Below the pieces are notes generated by a model that was not told the DNA's origin, searched no databases, and saw nothing but the letters and a program-made list of their open reading frames with translations. Below, piece by piece: positions 39,401-54,700 of a DNA stretch of 64,000 nucleotides (positions are counted from its first letter, which is position 1; the number at the start of each line of letters is the position of its first letter). Made by a program: the position numbers and the translations under genes. This DNA is from Eledone cirrhosa. Lineage: Eukaryota. The DNA lies in contig OZ024742.1 of assembly GCA_964016885.1 (NCBI GenBank), forward strand, positions 166,036,001 to 166,100,000, in the 5' to 3' direction.

Positions 39401-42400
39401 GCCGTCCAAGGAGAGTTAATTTCTAGCCGTCCAAGGGGAGATAATTTCCAGCCGTCCAAGGGGAGATAATTTCCAGCCGTCCAAGGGGAGATAGTTTTTT
39501 TAAAAAATCAGGCGGAGATAATTTGTAAAAAAAAAATCAGGGGGAGATAATTTGTAAAAAAAAATCAGGGGGAGATAATTTGTAAAAAAAAATCAAGGGG
39601 AGATAATTTGTAAAAAAAATCAGGGGGAGATAATTAGTAAAAAAAATCAAGGGGAGATAATTTCCAGCCGTCCAAGGGGAGGTAATATCTAGCCGTCCAA
39701 GGGGAGATAATTTCCAGCCGTCCAAGGGGAGATAATTTCCAGCCGTCCAAGGGTAGATAATATCCAGCCGTCCAAGTAGACATATTATCCAGCCGTCCAA
39801 GGAGAGGTAATTTCTAGCCGTCCAAGGGGAGATAAATTCCAGCCTCCAAGGGGAGATAATTTCCAGCCAGCCAAGGGGAGATAATTTGTAAAAAAAATCA
39901 GGGGGAGATAATTTGTAAAAAAAATCAGGGGGAGATAATTTGTAAAAAAAAATCAGGGGGAGATAATTTGTAAAAAAAATCAGGGGGAGATAATTTGTAA
40001 AAAAAAATCAGGGGGAGATAATTTGTAAAAAAAAATCAGGGGGAGATAATTTGTAACAAAAAATCAGGGGGAGATAATTTGTAAAAAAAATCAAGGGGAG
40101 ATAATTTCCAGCCGTCCAAGGGGAGATAATTTCCAGCCGTCCAAGGGGAGGTAATATCTAGCCGTCCAAGGGGAGATAATTTCCAGCCGTCCAAGAGGAG
40201 ATAATTTCCAGCCGTCCAAGGGAAGATAATTTCAAGCCCTCCAAGGGGCTATAATTTCCAGTGTCCAAGGGGAGATAATTTCCAGCCAGCGAAGGGGAGA
40301 TAATTTTTTTTTAAAAATCAGGGGGAGATTTGTAAAAAAAATCAGGGGGAGATAATTTGTAAAAAAAATCAAGGGGAGATAATTTCCAGCCGTCGAAGGG
40401 AAGATAATTTCCAGCCCTCCAAGGGGCTATAATTTCCAGCGTCCAAGGGGAGATAATTTCCAGCCAGCGAAGGGGAGATAATTTTTTTAAAAAAATCATT
40501 GGGAGATTTGTAAAAAAAATCAGGGAGAGATAATTTGTAAAAAAAATCAAGGGGAGATAATTTCCAGCCGTCCAAAGGGAGGTAATATCTAGCCGTCCAA
40601 GGGGAGATAATTTCCAGCCGTCCAAGGGGAGATAATTTCCAGCCGTCCAAGGGTAGATAATATCCAGCCGTCCAAGTAGACATTTTCCAGCCGTCCAAGG
40701 AGAGGTAATTTCTAGCCGTCCAAGGGGAGATAAATTCCAGCCTCCAAGGGGAGATAATTTCCAGCCAGCCAAGGGGAGATAATTTGTAAAAAAATCAGGG
40801 GGAGATAATTTGTAAAAAAAATCAGGGGGAGATAATTTGTAAAAAAAAATCAGGGGGAGATAATTTGTAAAAAAAAATCAGGGGGAGATAATTTGTAAAA
40901 AAAAATCAGGGGGAGATAATTTGTAAAAAAAATCAAGGGGAGATAATTTCCAGCCGTCCAAGGGGAGATAATTTTCAGCCGTCCAAGGGGAGATAATTTC
41001 CAGCCGTCCAAGGGGAGATAATTTCCATCCTTCCAAGGGGAGATAATTTCCAGCCAACCAAGGGAAGATAATTTTTAAAAAAATCAGGCGGAGATTGTAA
41101 AAAAAATCAGGGGGAGATAATTTGTAAAAAAATCAGGGGGAGATAATTTGTAAAAAAAAAATCAGGGGGAGATAATTTGTAAAAAAAATCAGGGGGAGAT
41201 AATTTGTAAAAAAAAATCAAGGGGAGATAATTTGTACAAAAAATCAGGGGTATATAATTTGTAAAAAAAAATCAGGGGGAGATAATTTGTAAAAAAAAAT
41301 CAGGGGGAGATAATTTGTAAAAAAAATCAAGGGGAGATAATTTGCAGCCGTCCAAGGGGAGATAATTTTCAGCCGTCCAAGGAGAGGTAATTTCTAGCCG
41401 TCCAAGGTGAGATAATATCCAGCCGTCCAAGGGGAGATAATTTCCAGCCGTCCAAGGGGAGATAATTTAAAAAAAAAAACAGGCGAAGATAATTTGTAAA
41501 AAAAAATCAGGGGGAGATAATTTGTAAAAAAAATCAGGGGGAGGTAATTTGTAAAAAAAATCAAGGGGAGATAATTTCCAGCCGTCCAAGGGAAGATAAT
41601 TTCCAGCCCTCCAAGGGGCTATAATTTCCAGCGTCCAAGGGGAGATAATTTCCAGCCACCGAAGGGGAGATAATTTTTTTTTTTTTAAATCAGGGGGACA
41701 TAATTTGTAAAAAAAAATCAGGGGGAGATAATTTGTAAAAAAAATCTAGGGGAGATAATTTGTAAAAAAAAATCAGGGTGAGATAATTTGTAAAAAAAAA
41801 TCAGGGGGAGATAATTTGTAAAAAAAATTAAGGGGAGATAATTTGTAAAAAAAATCAAGGGGAGATAATTTCCAGCCGTCCAAGGAGAGGTAATTTCTAG
41901 ACGTCCAAGGGGAGATAATTTCCAGCCGTCCAAGGGGAGATAATTTCCAGCCGTCCAAGGGTAGATAATATCCAGCCGTCCAAGGAGGCATATTTTCCAG
42001 CTTTCCAAGGAGAGGTAATTTCTAGCCGTCCAAGGGGAGATAAATTCCAGCCTCCAAGGGGAGATAATTTCCAGCCAGCCAAGGGGAGATAATTTGTAAA
42101 AAAAATCAGGGGGAGATAATTTGTAAAAAAAATCAGGGGGAGATAATTTGTAAAAAAAATCAGGGGGAGATAATTTCCAGCCGTCCAAGGGGAGATAATT
42201 TTCAGCCGTCCAAGGGGAGATAATTTCCCGCCAGCCAAGGGAAGATAATATTTAAAAAATGAGGCGGAGATAATTTGTAAAAAAAATCAGGTGGAGATAA
42301 TTTGTAAAAAAATCAGGGGGAGATAATTTGTAAAAAAAAAATCAGGGGGAGATAATTTGTAAAAAAAATCAGGGGGAGATAATTTCCAGCCGTCCAAGGG

Positions 42401-45400
42401 GAGATAATTTTCAGCCGTCCAAGGGGAGATAATTTCCCGCCAGCCAAGGGAAGATAATATTTAAAAAATGAGGCGGAGATAATTTGTAAAAAAAATCAGG
42501 TGGAGATAATTTGTAAAAAAATCAGGGGGAGATAATTTGTAAAAAAAAAATCAGGGGGAGATAATTTGTAAAAAAAATCAGGGGGAGATAATTTGTAAAA
42601 AAAAATCAGGTGTAGATAATTTGTAAAAAAAAATCAGGGGGAGATAATTTGTAAAAAAAATCAGGGGGAGATAATTTATAAAAAAAATCAAGGGGAGATA
42701 ATTTCCAGCCGTCCAAGGGAAGATAATTTCAAGCCCTCCAAGGGGCTATAATTTCCAGTGTCCAAGGGGAGATAATTTCCAGCCAGCGAAGGGGAGATAA
42801 TTTTTTTTTAAAAATCAGGGGGAGATTTGTAAAAAAAATCAGGGGGAGATAATTTGTAAAAAAAATCAAAGGGAGATAATTTCCAGCCGTCCAAAGAGAT
42901 AATTTCTAGCCGTCCAAGGGGAGATAATTTCGAGCCAAGGGGAGATAATTTCCAGCCGTCCAAGGGGAGATAATTTCCATCCTTCCAAGGGGAGATAATT
43001 TCCAGCCGTCCAAGGGGAGATAATTTCCCGCCAGCCAAGGGAAGATAATTTTTTAAAAAATCAGGCGGAGATTGTAAAAAAAATCAGGGGGAGATAATTT
43101 GTAAAAAAATCAGGGGGAGATAATTTGTAAAAAAATCAAGGGGAGATAATTTCCAGCTGTCCAAGGGGAGGTAATATCTAGCCGTCCAAGGGGAGATAAT
43201 TTCCAGCCGTCCAAGGGGAGATAATTTCCAGCCGTCCAAGGGTAGATAATATCCAGCCGTCCAAGGAGACATATTTTCCAGCCGTCCAAGGAGAGGTAAT
43301 TTCTAGCCGTCCAAGTGGAGATAAATTCCAGCCTCCAAGGGGAGATAATTTCCAGCCAGCCAAGGGGAGATAATTTGTAAAAAAATCAGGGGGAGATAAT
43401 TTGTAAAAAAAATCAGGGGGAGATAATTTGTAAAAAAAAATCAGGGGGAGATAATTTGTAAAAAAAATCAGGGGGAGATAATTTGTAAAAAAAATCAAGG
43501 GGAGATAATTTCCAACCGTCCAAGGGGAGATAATTTTCAGCCGTCCAAGGGGAGATAATTTCCCGCCAGCCAAGGGAAGATAATATTTAAAAAATGAGGC
43601 GGAGATAATTTGTAAAAAAAAATCAGGGGTAGATAATTTGTAAAAAAAATCAGGGGGAGATAATTTGTAAAAAAAATCAAGGGGAGATAATTTCCAGCCG
43701 TCCAAGGAGAGATAATTTTAAAAAAAAATCAGGCGGAGATAATTTGTAAAAAAAAATCAGGGGGAGATAATTTGTAAAAAAAAATCAGGGGGAGATAATT
43801 TGTAAAAAAAATCAAGGGGAGATAATTTCCAGCCGTCCAAGGGGAGATAATTTTCAGCCGTCCAAGGGGAGATAATTTCCAGCCGTCCAAGGGGAGATAA
43901 TTTAAAAAAAAAATCAGGGGTAGATAATTTGTAAAAAAAAATCAGGGGGAGATAATTTGTAAAAAAAAATCAGGGGGAGATAATTTGTAAAAAAAATCAA
44001 GGGGAGATAATTTGCAACCGTCCAAGGGGACATAATTTTCAGTCGTCCAAGGAGAGGTAATTTCTAGCCGTACAAGGGGAGATAATTTCCAGCCGTCCAA
44101 GGGGAGATAATTTCCAGCCGTCCAAGGGGAGATAATTTTTTTTAAAAAATCAGGCGGAGATAATTTGTAAAAAAAAAATCAGGGGGAGATAATTTGTAAA
44201 AAAAAATCAGGGGGAGATAATTTGTAAAAAAAAATCAGGGGGAGATAATTTGTAAAAAAAATCAAGGGGAGATAATTTCCAGCCGTCCAAGGGAAGATAA
44301 TTTCCAGCCCTCCAAGGGGCTATAATTTCCAGCGTCCAAGGGGAGATAATTTCCAGCCAGCGAAGGGGAGATAATTGTTTTAAAAAAATCATTGGGAGAT
44401 TTGTAAAAAAAATCAGGGGGAGATAATTAATAAAAAAAATCAAGGGGAGATAATTTCCAGCCGTCCAAGGGGAGGTAATATCTAGCCGTCCAAGGGGAGA
44501 TAATTTCCAGCCGTCCAAGGGGAGATAATTTCCAGCCGTCCAAGGGTAGATAATATCCAGCCGTCCAAGGAGACATATTTTCCAGCCGTCCAAGGAGAGG
44601 TAATTTCTAGCCGTCCAAGGGGAGATAAATTCCAGCCTCCAAGGGGAGATAATTTCCAGCCAGCCAAGGGGAGATAATTTGTAAAAAAATCAGGGGGAGA
44701 TAATTTGTAAAAAAAATCAGGGGTAGATAATTTGTAAAAAAAAATCAGGGGGAGATAATTTGTAAAAAAAATCAAGGGGAGATAATTTCCAGCCGTCCAA
44801 GGAGAGATAATTTAAAAAAAAAATCAGGCGGAGATAATTTGTAAAAAAAAATCAGGGGGAGATAATTTGTAAAAAAAAATCAGGGGGAGATAATTTGTAA
44901 AAAAAATCAAGGGGAGATAATTTCCAGCCGTCCAAGGGGAGATAATTTCCAGCCGTCCAAGGGGAGATAATTTTTTTAAAAAAATCAGGCGGAGATAATT
45001 TGTAAAAAAAATCAGGGGGAGATAATTTGTAAAAAAAAATCAGGGGGAGATAATTTGTAAAAAAAAATCAGGGGGAGATAATTTCCAGCCGTCCAAGGTA
45101 AGATAATTTCCAGCCCTCCAAGGGGCTATAATTTCCAGCATCCAAGGGGAGATAATTTCCAGCCGTCCAAGGGTAGATAATATCCAGCCGTCCAAGTAGA
45201 CATATTTTCCAGCCGTCCAAGGAGAGGTAATTTCTAGCCGTCCAAGGGGAGATAAATTCCAGCCTCCAAGGGGAGATAATTTCCAGCCAGCCAAGGGGAG
45301 ATAATTTGTAAAAAAATCAGGGGGAGATAATTTGTAAAAAAAAATCAGGGGGAGATAATTTCCAGCCGTCCAAGGGGAGATAATTTTCAGCCGTCCAAGG

Positions 45401-45740
45401 GTAGATAATATCCAGCCGTCCAAGTAGACATTTTCCAGCCGTCCAAGGAGAGGTAATTTCTAGCCGTCCAAGGGGAGATAAATTCCAGCCTCCAAGGGGA
45501 GATAATTTCCAGCCAGCCAAGGGGAGATAATTTGTAAAAAAATCAGAGGGAGATAATTTGTAAAAAAAATCAGGGGGAGATAATTTGTAAAAAAAAATCA
45601 GGGGGAGATAATTTGTAAAAAAAAATCAGGGGGAGATAATTTGTAAAAAAAAATCAGGGGGAGATAATTTGTAAAAAAAATCAAGGAGAGATAATTTCCA
45701 GCCGTCCAAGGGGAGATAATTTTCAGCCGTCGAAGGGGAG
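30430..45740 (+). repeat. ~15.3-kb duplicate of 3.8-19.05 kb (Y1-Y2-start of X), offset ~26.6-26.7 kb
   Basis: 4091->30726, 6007->32641, 7414->34048, 11112->37746 (26,634-26,635), then 15030->41718 and 18628->45317 (26,688-26,689). Confidence 0.9.
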
Positions 45741-48700
45741 ATAATTTCCAGCCGTCCAAGGGGAGATAATTTAAAAAAAAAAACAGGCGAAGATAATTTG
45801 TAAAAAAAAATCAGGGGGAGATAATTTGTAAAAAAAATCAGGGGGAGGTAATTTGTAAAAAAAATCAAGGGGAGATAATTTCCAGCCGTCCAAGGGAAGA
45901 TAATTTCCAGCCCTCCAAGGGGCTATAATTTCCAGCGTCCAAGGGGAGATAATTTCCAGCCACCGAAGGGGAGATAATTTTTTTTTTTTTAAATCAGGGG
46001 GACATAATTTGTAAAAAAAAATCAGGGGGAGATAATTTGTAAAAAAAATCTAGGGGAGATAATTTGTAAAAAAAAATCAGGGTGAGATAATTTGTAAAAA
46101 AAAATCAGGGGGAGATAATTTGTAAAAAAAATTAAGGGGAGATAATTTGTAAAAAAAATCAAGGGGAGATAATTTCCAGCCGTCCAAGGAGAGGTAATTT
46201 CTAGACGTCCAAGGGGAGATAATTTCCAGCCGTCCAAGGGGAGATAATTTCCAGCCGTCCAAGGGTAGATAATATCCAGCCGTCCAAGGAGGCATATTTT
46301 CCAGCTTTCCAAGGAGAGGTAATTTCTAGCCGTCCAAGGGGAGATAAATTCCAGCCTCCAAGGGGAGATAATTTCCAGCCAGCCAAGGGGAGATAATTTG
46401 TAAAAAAAATCAGGGGGAGATAATTTGTAAAAAAAATCAGGGGGAGATAATTTGTAAAAAAAATCAGGGGGAGATAATTTCCAGCCGTCCAAGGGGAGAT
46501 AATTTTCAGCCGTCCAAGGGGAGATAATTTCCCGCCAGCCAAGGGAAGATAATATTTAAAAAATGAGGCGGAGATAATTTGTAAAAAAAATCAGGTGGAG
46601 ATAATTTGTAAAAAAATCAGGGGGAGATAATTTGTAAAAAAAAAATCAGGGGGAGATAATTTGTAAAAAAAATCAGGGGGAGATAATTTGTAAAAAAAAT
46701 CAGGGGGAGATAATTTCCAGCCGTCCAAGGGGAGATAATTTTCAGCCGTCCAAGGGGAGATAATTTCCCGCCAGCCAAGGGAAGATAATATTTAAAAAAT
46801 GAGGCGGAGATAATTTGTAAAAAAAATCAGGTGGAGATAATTTGTAAAAAAATCAGGGGGAGATAATTTGTAAAAAAAAAATCAGGGGGAGATAATTTGT
46901 AAAAAAAATCAGGGGGAGATAATTTGTAAAAAAAAATCAGGTGTAGATAATTTGTAAAAAAAAATCAGGGGGAGATAATTTGTAAAAAAAATCAGGGGGA
47001 GATAATTTATAAAAAAAATCAAGGGGAGATAATTTCCAGCCGTCCAAGGGAAGATAATTTCAAGCCCTCCAAGGGGCTATAATTTCCAGTGTCCAAGGGG
47101 AGATAATTTCCAGCCAGCGAAGGGGAGATAATTTTTTTTTAAAAATCAGGGGGAGATTTGTAAAAAAAATCAGGGGGAGATAATTTGTAAAAAAAATCAA
47201 AGGGAGATAATTTCCAGCCGTCCAAAGAGATAATTTCTAGCCGTCCAAGGGGAGATAATTTCGAGCCAGCCAAGGGAAGATAATTTTTTAAAAAATCAGG
47301 CGGAGATTGTAAAAAAAATCAGGGGGAGATAATTTGTAAAAAAATCAGGGGGAGATAATTTGTAAAAAAATCAAGGGGAGATAATTTCCAGCTGTCCAAG
47401 GGGAGGTAATATCTAGCCGTCCAAGGGGAGATAATTTCCAGCCGTCCAAGGGGAGATAATTTCCAGCCGTCCAAGGGTAGATAATATCCAGCCGTCCAAG
47501 GAGACATATTTTCCAGCCGTCCAAGGAGAGGTAATTTCTAGCCGTCCAAGTGGAGATAAATTCCAGCCTCCAAGGGGAGATAATTTCCAGCCAGCCAAGG
47601 GGAGATAATTTGTAAAAAAATCAGGGGGAGATAATTTGTAAAAAAAATCAGGGGGAGATAATTTGTAAAAAAAAATCAGGGGGAGATAATTTGTAAAAAA
47701 AATCAGGGGGAGATAATTTGTAAAAAAAATCAAGGGGAGATAATTTCCAACCGTCCAAGGGGAGATAATTTTCAGCCGTCCAAGGGGAGATAATTTCCCG
47801 CCAGCCAAGGGAAGATAATATTTAAAAAATGAGGCGGAGATAATTTGTAAAAAAAAATCAGGGGTAGATAATTTGTAAAAAAAATCAGGGGGAGATAATT
47901 TGTAAAAAAAATCAAGGGGAGATAATTTCCAGCCGTCCAAGGAGAGATAATTTTAAAAAAAAATCAGGCGGGGATAATTTGTAAAAAAAAATCAGGGGGA
48001 GATAATTTGTAAAAAAAAATCAGGGGGAGATAATTTGTAAAAAAAATCAAGGGGAGATAATTTCCAGCCGTCCAAGGGGAGATAATTTTCAGCCGTCCAA
48101 GGGGAGATAATTTCCAGCCGTCCAAGGGGAGATAATTTAAAAAAAAAATCAGGCGGAGATAATTTGTAAAAAAAAATCAGGGGGAGATAATTTGTAAAAA
48201 AAAATCAGGGGGAGATAATTTGTAAAAAAAATCAAGGGGAGATAATTTGCAACCGTCCAAGGGGACATAATTTTCAGTCGTCCAAGGAGAGGTAATTTCT
48301 AGCCGTACAAGGGGAGATAATTTCCAGCCGTCCAAGGGGAGATAATTTCCAGCCGTCCAAGGGGAGATAATTTTTTTTTAAAAATCAGGCGGAGATAATT
48401 TGTAAAAAAAAATCAGGGGGAGATAATTTGTAAAAAAAAATCAGGGGGAGATAATTTGTAAAAAAAAATCAGGGGGAGATAATTTGTAAAAAAAATCAAG
48501 GGGAGATAATTTCCAGCCGTCCAAGGGAAGATAATTTCCAGCCCTCCAAGGGGCTATAATTTCCAGCGTCCAAGGGGAGATAATTTCCAGCCAGCGAAGG
48601 GGAGATAATTGTTTTAAAAAAATCATTGGGAGATTTGTAAAAAAAATCAGGGGGAGATAATTAATAAAAAAAATCAAGGGGAGATAATTTCCAGCCGTCC

Positions 48701-51700
48701 AAGGGGAGGTAATATCTAGCCGTCCAAGGGGAGATAATTTCCAGCCGTCCAAGGGGAGATAATTTCCAGCCGTCCAAGGGTAGATAATATCCAGCCGTCC
48801 AAGGAGACATATTTTCCAGCCGTCCAAGGAGAGGTAATTTCTAGCCGTCCAAGGGGAGATAAATTCCAGCCTCCAAGGGGAGATAATTTCCAGCCAGCCA
48901 AGGGGAGATAATTTGTAAAAAAATCAGGGGGAGATAATTTGTAAAAAAAATCAGGGGTAGATAATTTGTAAAAAAAAATCAGGGGGAGATAATTTGTAAA
49001 AAAAAATCAGGGGGAGGTAATTTGTAAAAAAAATCAAGGGGAGATAATTTCCAGCCGTCCAAGGAGAGATAATTTTAAAAAAAAATCAGGCGGAGATAAT
49101 TTGTAAAAAAAAATCAGGGGGAGATAATTTGTAAAAAAAAATCAGGGGGAGATAATTTGTAAAAAAAATCAAGGGGAGATAATTTCCAGCCGTCCAAGGG
49201 GAGATAATTTCCAGCCGTCCAAGGGGAGATAATTTTTTTAAAAAAATCAGGCGGAGATAATTTGTAAAAAAAATCAGGGGGAGATAATTTGTAAAAAAAA
49301 ATCAGGGGGAGATAATTTGTAAAAAAAAATCAGGGGGAGATAATTTCCAGCCGTCCAAGGTAAGATAATTTCCAGCCGTCCAAGGGGAGATAATTTCCAG
49401 CCGTCCAAGGGTAGATAATATCCAGCCGTCCAAGTAGATATATTTTCCAGCCGTCCAAGGAGAGGTAATTTCTAGCCGTCCAAGGGGAGATAAATTCCAG
49501 CCTCCAAGGGGAGATAATTTCCAGCCAGCCAAGGGGAGATAATTTGTAAAAAAATCAGGGGGAGATAATTTGTAAAAAAAATCAGGGGGAGATAATTTGT
49601 AAAAAAAAATCAGGGGGAGATAATTTGTAAAAAAAAATCAGGGGGAGATAATTTGTAAAAAAAATCAGGGGGAGATAATTTGTAAAAAAAAATCAGGGGG
49701 AGATAATTTGTAAAAAAAAATCAGGGGGAGATAATTTGTAAAAAAAAATCAGGGGGAGATAATTTGTAAAAAAAATCAAGGGGAGATAATTTCCAGCCGT
49801 CCAAGGGGAGATAATTTCCAGCCGTCCAAGGGGAGGTAATATCTAGCCGTCCAAGGGGAGTTAATTTCCAGCCGTCCAAGGGTAGATAATATCCAGCCGT
49901 CCAAGGAGACATATTTTCCAGCCGTCCAAGGAGAGGTAATTTCTAGCCGTCCAAGGGGAGATAAATTCCAGCCTCCAAGGGGAGATAATTTGTAAAAAAA
50001 ATCAGGGGGAGATAATTTGTAAAAACAAATCAAGGGGAGATAATTTCCAGCCGTCCAAGGGGAGATAATTTTCAGCCGCCCAAGGGGAGATAATATCCCG
50101 CCAGCCAAGGGAAGATAATATTTAAAAAATCAGGCGGAGATAATTTGTAAAAAAAATCAGGGGGAGATAATTTGTAAAAAAATCAGGGGGAGATAATTTG
50201 TAAAAAAAAAATCAGGGGGAGATAATTTGTAAAAAAAATCAGGGGGAGATGATTTGTAAAAAAAATCAGGGGTAGATAATTTGTAAAAAAAAAATCAGGG
50301 GGAGATAATTTGTAAAAAAAAATCAGGGGGAGATAATTTGTAAGAAAAATCAAGAGGAGATAATTTCCAGCCGTCGAAGGGAAGATAATTTCCAGCCCTC
50401 CAAGGGGCTATAATTTCCAGCGTCCAAGGGGAGATAATTTCCAGCCAGCGAAGGGGAGATAATTTTTTTAAAAAAATCATTGGGAGATTTGTAAAAAAAA
50501 TCAGGGGGAGATAATTTGTAAAAAAAAATCAGGGGGAGATAATTTGTAAAAAAAAATCAGGGGGAGATAATTTGTAAAAAAAAATCAGGGGGAGATAATT
50601 TGTAAAAAAAATCAAGGGGAGATAATTTCCAGCCGTCCAAGGGGAGATAATTTCCAGCCGTGCAAGGGGAGATAATTTCCAGCCGTCCAAGGGGAGATAA
50701 TTTCCATCCTTCCAAGGGGAGATAATCTCCAGCCGTCCAAGGGGAGATAATTTCCCGCCAGCCAAGGGAAGATAATTTTTAAAAAAATCAGGCGGAGATT
50801 GTAAAAAAAATCAGGGGGAGATAATTTGTAAAAAAATCAGGGGGAGATAATTTGTAAAAAAAAAATCAGGGGAGATAATTTGTAAAAAAAAATCAGGGGG
50901 AGATAATTTGTAAAAAAAAAATCAGGGGGAGATAATTTGTAAAAAAAATCAGGGGTAGATAATTTGTAAAAAAAAATCAGGGGGAGATAATTTGTAAAAA
51001 AAAATCAGTGGGAGATAATTTGTAAAAAAATCAAGGGGAGATAATATGCAGCCGTCCAAGGGGAGATAATTTTCAGCCGTCCAAGGAGAGTTAATTTCTA
51101 GCCGTCCAAGGGGAGATAATTTCCAGCCGTCCAAGGGGAGATAATTTCCAGCCGTCCAAGGGGAGATAGTTTTTTTAAAAAATCAGGCGGAGATAATTTG
51201 TAAAAAAAAAATCAGGGGGAGATAATTTGTAAAAAAAAATCAGGGGGAGATAATTTGTAAAAAAAAATCAAGGGGAGATAATTTGTAAAAAAAATCAGGG
51301 GGAGATAATTAGTAAAAAAAATCAAGGGGAGATAATTTCCAGCCGTCCAAGGGGAGGTAATATCTAGCCGTCCAAGGGGAGATAATTTCCAGCCGTCCAA
51401 GGGGAGATAATTTCCAGCCGTCCAAGGGTAGATAATATCCAGCCGTCCAAGTAGACATATTATCCAGCCGTCCAAGGAGAGGTAATTTCTAGCCGTCCAA
51501 GGGGAGATAAATTCCAGCCTCCAAGGGGAGATAATTTCCAGCCAGCCAAGGGGAGATAATTTGTAAAAAAAATCAGGGGGAGATAATTTGTAAAAAAAAT
51601 CAGGGGGAGATAATTTGTAAAAAAAAATCAGGGGGAGATAATTTGTAAAAAAAATCAGGGGGAGATAATTTGTAAAAAAAAATCAGGGGGAGATAATTTG

Positions 51701-54700
51701 TAAAAAAAATCAGGGGGAGATAATTTGTAACAAAAAATCAGGGGGAGATAATTTGTAAAAAAAATCAAGGGGAGATAATTTCCAGCCGTCCAAGGGGAGA
51801 TAATTTCCAGCCGTCCAAGGGGAGGTAATATCTAGCCGTCCAAGGGGAGATAATTTCCAGCCGTCCAAGAGGAGATAATTTCCAGCCGTCCAAGGGAAGA
51901 TAATTTCAAGCCCTCCAAGGGGCTATAATTTCCAGTGTCCAAGGGGAGATAATTTCCAGCCAGCGAAGGGGAGATAATTTTTTTTTAAAAATCAGGGGGA
52001 GATTTGTAAAAAAAATCAGGGGGAGATAATTTGTAAAAAAAATCAAGGGGAGATAATTTCCAGCCGTCGAAGGGAAGATAATTTCCAGCCCTCCAAGGGG
52101 CTATCATTTCCAGCGTCCAAGGGGAGATAATTTCCAGCCAGCGAAGGGGAGATAATTTTTTTAAAAAAATCATTGGGAGATTTGTAAAAAAAATCAGGGA
52201 GAGATAATTTGTAAAAAAAATCAAGGGGAGATAATTTCCAGCCGTCCAAAGGGAGGTAATATCTAGCCGTCCAAGGGGAGATAATTTCCAGCCGTCCAAG
52301 GGGAGATAATTTCCAGCCGTCCAAGGGTAGATAATATCCAGCCGTCCAAGTAGACATTTTCCAGCCGTCCAAGGAGAGGTAATTTCTAGCCGTCCAAGGG
52401 GAGATAAATTCCAGCCTCCAAGGGGAGATAATTTCCAGCCAGCCAAGGGGAGATAATTTGTAAAAAAATCAGGGGGAGATAATTTGTAAAAAAAATCAGG
52501 GGGAGATAATTTGTAAAAAAAAATCAGGGGGAGATAATTTGTAAAAAAAAATCAGGGGGAGATAATTTGTAAAAAAAAATCAGGGGGAGATAATTTGTAA
52601 AAAAAATCAAGGGGAGATAATTTCCAGCCGTCCAAGGGGAGATAATTTTCAGCCGTCCAAGGGGAGATAATTTCCAGCCGTCCAAGGGGAGATAATTTCC
52701 ATCCTTCCAAGGGGAGATAATTTCCAGCCAACCAAGGGAAGATAATTTTTAAAAAAATCAGGCGGAGATTGTAAAAAAAATCAGGGGGAGATAATTTGTA
52801 AAAAAATCAGGGGGAGATAATTTGTAAAAAAAAAATCAGGGGGAGATAATTTGTAAAAAAAATCAGGGGGAGATAATTTGTAAAAAAAAATCAAGGGGAG
52901 ATAATTTGTACAAAAAATCAGGGGTATATAATTTGTAAAAAAAAATCAGGGGGAGATAATTTGTAAAAAAAAATCAGGGGGAGATAATTTGTAAAAAAAA
53001 TCAAGGGGAGATAATTTGCAGCCGTCCAAGGGGAGATAATTTTCAGCCGTCCAAGGAGAGGTAATTTCTAGCCGTCCAAGGTGAGATAATATCCAGCCGT
53101 CCAAGGGGAGATAATTTCCAGCCGTCCAAGGGGAGATAATTTAAAAAAAAAAACAGGCGAAGATAATTTGTAAAAAAAAATCAGGGGGAGATAATTTGTA
53201 AAAAAAATCAGGGGGAGGTAATTTGTAAAAAAAATCAAGGGGAGATAATTTCCAGCCGTCCAAGGGAAGATAATTTCCAGCCCTCCAAGGGGCTATAATT
53301 TCCAGCGTCCAAGGGGAGATAATTTCCAGCCACCGAAGGGGAGATAATTTTTTTTTTTTTAAATCAGGGGGACATAATTTGTAAAAAAAAATCAGGGGGA
53401 GATAATTTGTAAAAAAAATCTAGGGGAGATAATTTGTAAAAAAAAATCAGGGTGAGATAATTTGTAAAAAAAAATCAGGGGGAGATAATTTGTAAAAAAA
53501 ATTAAGGGGAGATAATTTGTAAAAAAAATCAAGGGGAGATAATTTCCAGCCGTCCAAGGAGAGGTAATTTCTAGACGTCCAAGGGGAGATAATTTCCAGC
53601 CGTCCAAGGGGAGATAATTTCCAGCCGTCCAAGGGTAGATAATATCCAGCCGTCCAAGGAGGCATATTTTCCAGCTTTCCAAGGAGAGGTAATTTCTAGC
53701 CGTCCAAGGGGAGATAAATTCCAGCCTCCAAGGGGAGATAATTTCCAGCCAGCCAAGGGGAGATAATTTGTAAAAAAAATCAGGGGGAGATAATTTGTAA
53801 AAAAAATCAGGGGGAGATAATTTGTAAAAAAAATCAGGGGGAGATAATTTGTAAAAAAATCAGGGGGAGATAATTTGTAAAAAAAAAATCAGGGGGAGAT
53901 AATTTGTAAAAAAAATCAGGGGGAGATAATTTCCAGCCGTCCAAGGGGAGATAATTTTCAGCCGTCCAAGGGGAGATAATTTCCCGCCAGCCAAGGGAAG
54001 ATAATATTTAAAAAATGAGGCGGAGATAATTTGTAAAAAAAATCAGGTGGAGATAATTTGTAAAAAAATCAGGGGGAGATAATTTGTAAAAAAAAAATCA
54101 GGGGGAGATAATTTGTAAAAAAAATCAGGGGGAGATAATTTGTAAAAAAAAATCAGGTGTAGATAATTTGTAAAAAAAAATCAGGGGGAGATAATTTGTA
54201 AAAAAAATCAGGGGGAGATAATTTATAAAAAAAATCAAGGGGAGATAATTTCCAGCCGTCCAAGGGAAGATAATTTCAAGCCCTCCAAGGGGCTATAATT
54301 TCCAGTGTCCAAGGGGAGATAATTTCCAGCCAGCGAAGGGGAGATAATTTTTTTTTAAAAATCAGGGGGAGATTTGTAAAAAAAATCAGGGGGAGATAAT
54401 TTGTAAAAAAAATCAAAGGGAGATAATTTCCAGCCGTCCAAAGAGATAATTTCTAGCCGTCCAAGGGGAGATAATTTCGAGCCAAGGGGAGATAATTTCC
54501 AGCCGTCCAAGGGGAGATAATTTCCATCCTTCCAAGGGGAGATAATTTCCAGCCGTCCAAGGGGAGATAATTTCCCGCCAGCCAAGGGAAGATAATTTTT
54601 TAAAAAATCAGGCGGAGATTGTAAAAAAAATCAGGGGGAGATAATTTGTAAAAAAATCAGGGGGAGATAATTTGTAAAAAAATCAAGGGGAGATAATTTC

